Positions 12,626-23,815 of a stretch of DNA of 64,000 bases are shown piece after piece. Position numbers and translations under genes: made by a program. Source of the DNA: Lama guanicoe (taxonomy: Eukaryota); assembly GCA_013239625.1 (NCBI GenBank), contig MU053881.1, forward strand, positions 3,288,001-3,352,000, in the 5' to 3' direction. Under the pieces are notes generated by a model that saw only the letters and a program-made list of their open reading frames with translations, searched no databases and was not told where the DNA came from. Position 1 is the first letter of the stretch, and each line of letters opens with the position of its first letter.

Positions 12626-13475
12626 TGAACTCTTTTTGTTCCTCTGTGTTTCCAACTCAAATTTCAGATGCCCAAGGAGAGTCTGAACAGAGCTGTATAG
12701 GTCCTGTGCTTGTCCTGTGTGTCAGGGGAGTTGAGTGCCATGATGGGCTGGGGAGGAAAGTGTTAGTGAACAAAACAGAGGTGTCACTACACCCAGAGAC
12801 AGAACCCTGATCATGAGTAGAACAGAGTACTGGAGAGGAGAGATCTGGCGAGAGAGAGAGGGCTCCAGAGATTTCTGCAGTCCCCTGGAACATTCACCAG
12901 GAAACTCATCAGTAAATGATGTGAGGAAATGAGAGAGTGAAGATTATAGGGAACAGTATCGGGAACTCACACAGGGCCAGGAACGGTGCTTGTCGCCACC
13001 AGCCAGACTGGAAAAAACCCTCAAAATTCACAGCACATTGAGTGGAGCACACAGAAGAATCTTGCCTCAATCATGGGAGATAATTAGCCCCAGAATAAAC
13101 ATTGTTTGGTTTTACCTAACAAGCCTTCAAAGCAATGCCTGAGTGGACCAAACTGTTTTTAAGTAATCTAAATGTGTTCTAGAACAAGGCTCAAGAATAT
13201 TTGTAAGACTATAAAGAGATCCAGGACCCAACAAGATAAAATTCACGATGTATATCATCCAGCCCCAAACTGCCAGGCATGAAAAGAATTAGAAAAATGC
13301 AGCCTGTAATAAGGAGTAAAAGCAACCAGCTGAACTGACACAGAGGTTGAAATTAGCAAAGAAGGGCAGTGAAATGGTTATTATCGGTATATTTCATACA
13401 TTCAGAATGCTGAGTAGAGACGGGAGATGTGAAACAGATCAGATGAACTTCTGGAGATGAAAACTATAAAACCTA

Positions 13476-13618
13476 GGGAAAGGGTACAGCTCAAGTGGTA
13501 GAGTGCATGCTTAGCATGCACGAGGTCCTGGGATCAATCCCCAGTATCTCCTCTAAAAATAAACAAACCTAATTACAACCCCCCAGCAAAAATAACAACA
13601 ACAACAATAATAATAATA
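13476..13618 (+). mobile_element. Camelid tRNA-derived SINE (vic-1-like)
   Basis: gggaaagggtacagctcaagtggtagagtgcatgcttagcatgcacgaggtcctgggatcaatccccag with A/B-box-like motifs; tail aaacctaattac...(AAC)n(AAT)n; imperfect 17-bp TSD gaaaactataaaaccta / gaaaatgacaaaaccta. Confidence 0.85.
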
Positions 13619-14697
13619 GAAAATGACAAAACCTAAGATAGAAAATACAGGGGATGGGATTAACAACAGACTAGACAGTGAAGAAGAAAAATATTAGTGA
13701 GCTAGAGGATAAAGCCACAGAAACCATCCAGAATGAAAATACAGAGAAAAGAGAGCAAATAAAAGAGAATTAGCACCAGTGCATTGTAGGCCAACTTCAA
13801 GCAGTCTAGTATACATATAATTGAAGAGCCCAAAGAAAAGAAGAGGCAGAAAAAATATTTTTAAAAAATAGGCAGAAAAAATATTAAAAAAAAATGGCCG
13901 TTTCCCCCCCTGAATTTGACAAAAATCATAAACCCACAGGTCAAAGAAACTCAACAAAGCCGTAGTACACCAAGGGTTTGAAGAAAACTACACTAAGGTT
14001 CATCTTAATTAAACTGATCAAAATCAATGATAAAGAAAAAAATCTTAAAAGCAGCCAGAGGAAAAAAGACATGTTCGGTACTGAAAGATGAAGGTAAGAT
14101 TAACATCAAATTTCTCATTGGAAACAATGCAAATAAGGCAACAGTGGACCAACACTTAAAGTGCTAAAAGTGAAAATCTGTCAATCCGCAATTCTATCCC
14201 TAGGGGAAAAAAAAATTCAAAAATGGAGGCAAAATAAAGACTTTCCAGAGATATGAGAGCTGGAAGAGTCAACCCCAGATAATCTGTACGGTGAGAAAAG
14301 GTAAAGGTCTTCCTTCAAGCGGAAAGATGATACCAGATGGAAAGATGGGTCTATTCACAGAAGAAAGGACATCAGAAATGGTACATAGGTAACTACATAG
14401 GTAAATATTTAATAGTTCTTTCTTATTAATTTAAATATCATTCTGAGATAACTATTTAAAGGAAAACATAACCATCTATTGTGGGATTTGGACCATGTGA
14501 AGAAGTAAAATGTGTGACAACAAGAGCCTAATGACTGGGAGAGAAAACATGGACAAATGCTACTGTAAGACTCTTAACTGTACACAAAATGGAATCATAT
14601 TCTTTGAAGACAGGCTGTGAGAAGGATGCAAGACAGACCTCTGTGTCTTATATAGATATATAATTACAGCATCCACATGTCTGATATAAGATATATG

Positions 14698-15740
14698 TAG
14701 GCATACTTCAGAGATATTTTGGGTTCAGTTCCAGATCGCTACCACAAAGTGAGTTTCACACTAACGAATGAGTCACACGAAGTATTTTGGTTTCCCAGAG
14801 CACATAAAAGCCGTGTTTACACTCTATTGTAGTCTATTAAGTGTGCAATAGCCTCGTGTCTAAAAATACAATGTATAGACTTTAATTAAAACTTTATTTA
14901 AAAAAAAATGCTAACCATCATCTGAGCCTTCAGCGAGTCATAGTGCTGCTGGAGAATAGGTTCTTGTCTCCAGCAGGAAAGAACTCAAGAGCGAGATTTA
15001 GTAAAGTGAAAGTAAGTCTATTCAGGGATGGACACATTCTATAAACAGAGTGCAGCCCGTCTCACTCAGAGCGGGGGGCGGCTTAGGAGATACACAGTCC
15101 CCAGGCAGAATTCGAGCCATCTCGAAAGGTGAGTGGGAGAAAGACTGAGAGGTGTGGGAGTGTTTGGTAAAAGTAGACACTTCATAGACCGCGTGCTGCA
15201 TGTCTCAGAAAGCAAGAGAGAGTGGCCACGAGGGGCGGGGTTGTTAGTTTTTAAGGGCTCAGTAATTTCATATGCTAATGAGTGGGAGGATTATTTCAGC
15301 TAGTTTGGGAAAGGGGCAGGGATTTCTAGGAATCGAGCACCAGCCCACTCTTTGACCTTTTATGGTCACTCTAGGAACTGTCATGGTGCCTATGGGTGTT
15401 CCTGAGGCTCAAGGTCTGCTGGAAGTCAAACCTTCTGCCATCTTGGTTCTAACCAGTTTGTCCTGTCCTCAATGTCTGTGTCATTCCTTCAGTGGTTGTG
15501 CCCTGCCCCCTTCCCTCCTGCCTCGGTAGTAGTCACACCAGTGATCACTGATGACAGATTACCATAACAAATATAATAATGATGCCAAGCTTTGAAATAT
15601 TACGAGAATTACCAAAACGTGATACAGAAACACAGTTGGAAAAATGGCACTGGTAGACTTGCTTGATACAGAGGTGCCACAGACCTTCAATTTGTAAAAA
15701 GTGCAGCATCCGTGAAGCACCGTACAATGAGGTGTGCCTG
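14698..15740 (-). mobile_element. Internally deleted Tigger1 (TcMar-Tigger) element
   Basis: Termini taggcatacttcagagatatt... and ...aatgaggtgtgcctg match the Tigger1 TIR CAGGCATACCTC. No transposase. Split by an LTR. Confidence 0.85.
14944..15525 (-). mobile_element. MER41-like ERV1 solo LTR nested in Tigger1
   Basis: gggaaaggggcagggatttctaggaa...aactgtcatgg...gccatcttggtt...ccttccctcctgcctc resembles the MER41/LTR10 group; 4-bp TSD atag/gtag (CpG-decay compatible). Confidence 0.7.
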
Positions 15741-18129
15741 TCAATCTACATCTTATATCACACGTCTTATCATGAATAGAATGTCAACCCTCAAGCGACC
15801 ATGAAAATCGCAAAACAAAGAATGACAGAAAATAAGGCAATAAAGGAAAACAAAAGCAATCACAAAACTACTCAGATTAGCCTACAGAAGCCAAAAACAG
15901 AGGAAAAGGGAAAAAGAGGGCCAAGAACAGAGGCAACAACAGCAAACATGCAATATAACAAACGAATTGATTTTTGAATCGTATAATAAACTACAGGAGC
16001 GGGAACTCTGGCACGGGACGAGGAATTTCAGAGAAGTTGTATTTATGGTCTGAAACAAGCATCCGAGTTACTTAGTCAAGTTCAGCCAAGCTTCTCTCTT
16101 TTCACCAACATTACAAACAGTCATTCTTTTGGTATAAAATTACCTTTAATAATCCTGAAGCTTCCCGAAGGTATCATTTGTTATACATGGCAGTTCAGTC
16201 GCTTTATTTAGTCTTTTATGACCTTAAGCTCCCCTAGGGGTAGTGTGCCTTCTCTATTCACTTACTCTTACAAACTCCCAATAAAAAATATTTGTTCAAA
16301 AGCATTATTTGAATTCCCTTTCCCTTGCAGTGCATAAATCACCCGCAGAGTTTAAAAAGACGTGCCAATTTGGGAAACAAAGGTGCTTTTGTGCTAGGGT
16401 TTACATTCCCAGCATGATCTAATGCTAATACCTGCTTGCATTTATATTCAGTTCTTAATGTTTGTGGGAGAGACTTTTATAGAACAAAACGGAAGGTTTT
16501 GTTTTACCTTGGCTTCAAGAGAGAAAATATGGAAAAAACCCAAACCTCTAGCCAAATTGTAAGTTCCTCTGAAATTCACAGTCTCTGAAAAGTGAAAAAA
16601 AAAAAGAAAAAAGAAAAAAGAAAAAACCCCCCTGAGATTTCACCTACATTTTACCCTTTCCTGTTTTATCAGCAATGACGTTCAAAAATCAGTGACTCAA
16701 GCTTGCCAGAAAGAGATCTCAGGGGTCTGCCCTGGAATGGTGAGAAATTGTTCAACTCATGTTTTCCTGGTGACAGGAAACAAAATGATTCTGTTCCTAG
16801 AGTCTTCCCTCCTTTAAAGGTACCTGCGTCCTGTGTTCCTGAGCTTTTTTTTTTTTTTTTTTTTTTATTTTTTTTTTTTTGGTATGTTTTCAGAAAGGAG
16901 GGGAGCGGGTGATCTGACAATAAAAATGGCTGAAATTTACTGGTACAAGAAACAGTTCTCAATCACCATAAAATTGATACACGTTAATTTAATCACCTAG
17001 ATATTTCAGGTGAATGAATTGAGAGAAAAAGACATAGGTCAGTGTGGGAGAATGCGGAAAGAATTTAGGAAATGTTTCAAGCAAAGAGAAAAAGGCTTTT
17101 TTTTTTTTTTTTTTAGCTGCTGAGCTTGAGAGAAACAAGGATATGATTTGTGTTAGAAATGTGATTTTCTTCCAGCAAGTTTTTGGTTAATATGTAAATT
17201 TCCTGTCAAACTTTATTTGGCTGTCGAGTTGGTGTTTCACTGAATGTGACCCCTTCTGAGAGCAGACCAGTTGCTACCTGGGCTTTAATGTAAAGAGCTG
17301 TGGGCATTGCCAGGGTTACTGGCTCTGGGAGGACCTGGGCACTGGGGGCACTTCTCAGATAAATCACTAGACAGAAATTTTACTCCTGACGTTGGCCTTA
17401 TCCTCACTTCCAGCCCCTGTTACCTCAGTCTTGTAGTGTGTTCTTTTTGGGTTTCTTCCCGTATGAAAAGCCCCAGGGAGTCCCCTATCCTCCAGTTCAA
17501 TCCTCTCTGCCCTTTACCCTGGAGGAAAAAGATCCCCACACCCCTTTACTCCCTGTCTTCCAGGGTTAATGCTGAATTTCCCCTCCCTGTGTATTTCTGG
17601 GTAATTTCAGTGGCAACACTTCAGGGTAGGTGGGTAGAACGTGGGGAGTTAAACGTTCAGGCTCACATGACTGTCTTGAACCAGAAGCATAGCCTTCCCC
17701 TTGTGTTTGTTAGTAAAAGGGAGAGAAAGATGAAATAAAGTCAAGAAGCTTGGGGAATGACTACCTTGTGGAAAATGATCTGGAAGTATTATGTTAAGTG
17801 TGGCTTAAGACTCTGCAAGAATGTGGTTCCTGGGGCATGTTTGTGGCAAAAAAGTGCGTCTGCGACCATGACTCAGGACACACGGCATCACTCTGTGTGA
17901 CAGGGAGGCAGAAGTGGGAGGACAGAGCTGGGAGCAGAGGCTCGGGAGGGTCTGCCATCAGTAAGGTGGTCCTTACATTAAAAACCAAGGTGCCGTTAGA
18001 ACCGGATAACTGAATAGAAGTATTTTTTAGGTTCAGGCTTCCAATGTGGTGTGAGGTTCTAAAGGAGATAAGATGATTGGTTTTCTAATGAGCCCTCAAG
18101 GTGCCTGCCTGGAAAGGGCTACCTGGGTC

Positions 18130-18310
18130 CTACCTAGCTGGGTGCCAAGCCCTCCGCAAACATCATCTCATTTAGTACCTACAACAATCCTGTTACATCA
18201 TCACCATTTTACAGGGGGAGAAGCCAGCGCAGAGAGGAGAGAGGGCACATGCAGCAGCGGGCAGGGTAGGGACGGGAAGCCGGGCAGTCTGACCTAGAAA
18301 CTGCGTGCTT
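18130..18310 (-). mobile_element. MIR SINE fragment
   Basis: catcatctcatttagtacctacaacaatcctg...ccattttacagggggagaagc. Confidence 0.55.
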
Positions 18311-19588
18311 AATTCCTCCAGGTTTTGGAATTCACTGCAAGGCAGGATGATGTCACTTACATAAAATTCGCTAGAAGTCTGACCTGTCAGGTATCACCCG
18401 GGGCAGCAGGGGAGGGGGTCGAGGCAATCCCCACCCAGCCCTCTTGCTTCCATTTTGTCCTGTCCTCTATGTTAGCTCTGGGGGTAATTATTTAGTTCCT
18501 TGGCTCCCGCGACAGACTCCTGAGTTCCCAGGAGGCAGTGACGTGGAGGTGAAAAGAACACGCAGGTGGGAGTCAGGCAGCGGCATCCTCATTAGCCCTG
18601 TCACTTTGAGCACCTTTCCGATCCTAAGTTTCCACTCGGGCAAAGTGGAGACGCGCAGGCCGAAGAGAAGGAATTCTTTAAGGGGTGGACGACAGAAGAC
18701 GCGAGCTTGGGACACAGACGTTGCTCAGTAGATGCCAGTTTTCCCCGGTTTACTCTTTGCGAGTCCGCCTTGCATCTTGCTAATAATTCTGTCCCTCGGT
18801 ATGTAGTGAGCGCTCAGGAAAATACACTGGTTCAATGAATGCAGTGGCGGCAAAAGGGATTTTTCACCCTCGTCAGTTTTTAGGGAATTTCGAGCAGAGG
18901 AGCCCCCTTTCCCAGGTTCTGGCAGTCAGGGACAGGGAAGAGAGGGGGACCAGGCGTGGATGCGGAAGCCGGTCCCGGTGAGGTGGGTGCCTGCGAGGGC
19001 ACAGTCGGGGCGCTGGAAGCCAAAGCCGCCGGCAGAGGGCGCCCCGGGACTGCCGAGCGCGTGGCGCCGGGGTTGGGGCGCTCGCCCCGCGCCGGGCACC
19101 GGCCGCAGTCCGGCGTTGACCGCAGCCGTGGACGCGCCCGCTACCCACGCGGAGCGCGAAGTGAGCGCCTTCGGGGCGCAGCGGGGCGCACCCGCCAGGC
19201 GCGCGGCTGCTCGGAGCCCTCCCGGTGAGCGGTGAGTACGCGCGCCCGCGGGGCACTTGGAGGCAGCGCGGATCGGGCCGGGGTGGGCGTGGGAGAGTGG
19301 GCAAGGTCCCTTTTCTGTTTGGTGTTTGGGAAGGGCTTGGGGTGGATGGACCCCAGGAGGCGCCGGATGATGGGCAGAGCTTTGCTTTCAGGCGGCTCGG
19401 GCTCACTTGAGGTTCTAACATCGGATTTTTTCTCGCGGGCCCCTGTCGCGTGCTGTCCCGGGGTCCGGGGGCCCGGCGTTTGGCGGGGGTAAGCCAGCGC
19501 GGGCGAGCGCTCAGCTGGGCGTCCCCCACTCCTTTCGCCCGCGACACCATCCAGGGGAACCACGTGCGGCTGTCGCTCGCAACTCTGC

Positions 19589-19642
19589 CTGTCAAGCTAA
19601 GCCCGCCTCCAGGGCAGGGGAGGGGACGCGGGGGCGGGTGGG
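19589..19642 (+). promoter_or_regulatory. TALE-homeodomain (MEIS/TGIF) site CTGTCAA followed by GC-box/Sp-KLF G-rich activator region
   Basis: CTGTCAA at 19589-19595 (about -1164 from the ATG) followed by GGGGAGGGG and GGGGCGGG boxes. Position matches, from memory, the activator region described for the human D1A promoter. Confidence 0.65.
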
Positions 19643-20158
19643 CTGTGCCCCGCGGGAACCGGGCTGGCCCGTGCGCCTGCCGGTGCCAGCTCGGCTCTCT
19701 CTGCGTCGTGTTCCCACGGGCTCCTGGGAGGCAGCGGGCAGCCCCGCGGGGAGGCGCAGGACTCTTTCCCGAAGGACTAGAGGCCTCTCGAGGGGCGGCC
19801 TGGCACTTGGTTCCAGAAGAAGGGAAGCAAAGGAAAGAAGCTGCCCCAGTGACTGGTCCTGGGGGCGCCCTCTCCCCAGGATGCGCCGAGCGCCCGGGAG
19901 CCCTTTTCCCGGGTTTCCTCCGCTTTGAACCACCTCTAGCCATTCCAGGCAGTGGGGCAGCGCCAGCTCTCTGTGAACTTGCCCCAGGATCCTTCCCCCA
20001 AACCCGCCCCGGTGATTCGTGCGCATCGGGAGCGGACCCCGGGCTGCGCGCGGCGGGCAGCACTCAGGCGCGCCTCCTGGGCGCTGTGCAGCCGCGGCGC
20101 CTCGCGAAGCCGGCTCCCCGAGCCCCCGGGGCTTTGAGAGAGACCACCCCAAGGCAAG

Positions 20159-20254
20159 GTAGGTGGCTCTCATGGAACTGGATTGGGCTTGACAGTAAAG
20201 ATGCGATCGACTCAAGTCTTGGCAAACGTCCTTTCCTTTCTCTTTGCTTTCTAG
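20159..20254 (+). other. DRD1: Short 5'UTR intron of DRD1 (96 nt)
   Basis: Donor AAG|GTAGGT at 20159; polypyrimidine tract ctttcctttctctttgctttcTAG ending at 20254, ~500 nt upstream of the ATG. Matches the known small 5'UTR intron of mammalian DRD1. Confidence 0.85.
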
Positions 20255-20695
20255 GGGAGCTGCGGCGGCGGAGCCAGGGGCTTGGAGGAGCAAGGCATGT
20301 ATTTTCAGCTGCGCCTCAGAAGAGGAGAATTCTGCCATCACCAGAGAGGCAACAGCCCTCAAGTGTGACTACAGCTGACTAGCTTGGCAGAGGCCTGGGA
20401 GTCTCTGGGTCGATAGCTTAGAATATGCTAAAAAGTCAGTGCTTTCCACGGGGAATTGAAGGGCCAGCTGGTCCCCGTGACAGTGACCTGGAGCAAAGGA
20501 GTCAGAAGACAGTCGCAGAGAGCAAGAGGGACCTTCCAAGGGGCCGACTTGGACTGCGGAGGGCAGGCTCCTGCCACACAATTGTCGCAGCCCTCTGATG
20601 GAATGCTGGTGAGGTCTTCCACCCAGGGGAGCAAGTGGGACTTCCAGGGGGCTGCCTGGCTAACCAGGACTCCTCCAGGTCTGACTGACCCCTGA

Positions 20696-22093
<1,398 letters not shown>

Positions 22094-23815
22094 GCTCCGA
22101 GGGGAATCCTGACAGACACGCTCATCCCAAAAGCTAGAGGAGGGGCTCTCGGTGAAAAAACTAAAGTGTGGTGAGACTGAGACATCAAAGGAGCCCTCCT
22201 CGGCTGCCTTCCCTCAACACACAACTAACTATGTTCAAAAATACATTCCAGTGTGTTTTCTGTGTTGTCCGTAGTGAATCAAAGGACACATGTGAAAAGA
22301 ACATTCATAAGAGACGTGTCTTTGGCTCCGAAATTATTTTTAGAAACGGATTCATATCTTAGGACTTAAAAAATAGGGCAAAGACTCAACAAATGAGCAG
22401 CTTCACTTAAAAATTAAACGTTTCCGGGAAGGAAATGAGAAGGGTTGAGTTTGCTGTGTACAAACAGGTGCTAACCCTGGTCCAAGCAAAGTTTTCAGAG
22501 TGTAAAGGTAGGTGCATGCCTTCGTCAATTATTCCTAAAACATAATTGAGCCTTACAGTAAGAACGGGATTTTTTTCCCCCCAGAATTGATGCTTTGTGG
22601 ATATTGGTTTTATTTATTTATTGCATTATATGGATATTTTTAATTTATTAAAATAAATCTATATTTATCATATTTAATAGGTTAAACTAGTGAGTTGTCT
22701 GAGATCTTACAATTGCATTTTCGTCCATTTAGCTAGCACTTTATAAGCCAATGAAACAAGCACACAGGCTTTCTGAGATTCTAAATGCTCAGGCATCACT
22801 TCCAGAAACAGCAGAGCCTAATAGAAAGTGAAGTTGTGATGATTCCTTAAAATTCATCGGCACAAATAAATACGAGGTGAGAATTGACAAATTCTGTGAT
22901 TAGTTTTTTTTTTCCTAAAAAGATTTGGAAAGATTTTAAAAAAGCATAACTACTATTGTGTTCAAGACTTTTTAAGTGGCAAAGACTTTTCCAGGAGGAT
23001 GATTTGTAGTTCTGTAAATATCTGAAATACAAGACAGCCTCAGAAGAAAGCAACTTGAAATTTATGATCTTAGATGGTAATAAAAAGAATATGCCACTTT
23101 GTATTTATGTAAAATAATTAATCCTCACCGTCTTTTCTCATTTCCTGTGCCACAGAGCTTTTCTGAACCAAATACATGGCTGTCCTGGTTAGATATGTGT
23201 GGTGAAGACAGTGAGTTTCACACAACAGTCTCACCAATGGATGGAGGTCCAATCCTGCATCTCCATCTTACGAAGTCAAAGCAAACCACTCAGTGGGGCT
23301 ACTTTGTGTAGTTCTTTAATCTGAACTTAGAACTGATTTTTTTTTTAAAGTCTAAATGTTATTGGCATATTAACTAACAGACAGTGCCTCATTATCATCC
23401 TCCAGTATGACACTTCTGTTGGTGGAGGAAACAGGAGAGCCCCTTCTCCCAGGGTGTGCTAAGCAACCCAGAGCCATCAGCATCTCTTTTGACAAACGCT
23501 AGCCCTCCTCTGTGCTTTGGTATCAAGTTCCTGTGTCATCACCTGGACTGGACTGTAAAAACTATCATAAGTCTCCGTCACCAAACGCTAATTCATGTGG
23601 GGCATTTCAAGATAATTGTTTGGAAATGTTTACAAAGTATTCTTGTTGATAAGCAATTTACTTAACATTTAGATGAAATTGGTGACAAGAAAGATATTTA
23701 CTGAAAACGATCTCCTGCATCAGGTCTGTGTTATTTATGCATTGTGAATGTTTTCTTAATTTTATTGCCTGTATGCTTTCTTACATATAATAAAATTATT
23801 TTGTGAACTCAAATC
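22094..23815 (+). other. DRD1: DRD1 3'UTR with AU-rich block and alternative polyadenylation signals
   Basis: Repeat-free AT-rich sequence after the stop. ATTTA cluster ~22607-22680. AATAAA at 22652, 22865, 23079 and 23789, the last with an upstream TGTA at 23770. The end point is inferred. Confidence 0.6.

Larger units (their letters stand above)
12860..15960 (+). mobile_element. Old L1M 5'/ORF1-region fragment hosting a SINE, Tigger1 and an LTR
   Basis: A-rich ORF1-like sequence (aacttctggagatgaaaac, aaaatcttaaaagcagccagagg, atttctcattggaaacaatgcaa) that continues after the Tigger insertion. Confidence 0.65.
18900..20300. promoter_or_regulatory. DRD1: CpG island / DRD1 promoter and non-coding exon 1
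   Basis: Sharp rise in GC and CpG density (many CGCG/GCGC), multiple GC boxes, no obvious TATA, immediately upstream of the CDS. Boundaries estimated by eye. Confidence 0.9.

Noticed and set aside
13476..13555. Possible tRNA gene
   Set aside because: The tRNA-like head is followed by a SINE tail and TSD, and several decayed copies occur in the window; it is a SINE.
18539..18546. TGACGTGG (UPRE/CRE-like) motif upstream of the island
   Set aside because: A single 8-mer is expected by chance in 64 kb; no supporting context.
18873..20382. Long ORFs of 396, 310 and 256 aa in the CpG island
   Set aside because: Pro/Arg/Gly/Ala-rich translations expected from stop-codon depletion in very GC-rich DNA; overlapping on both strands; no domain.
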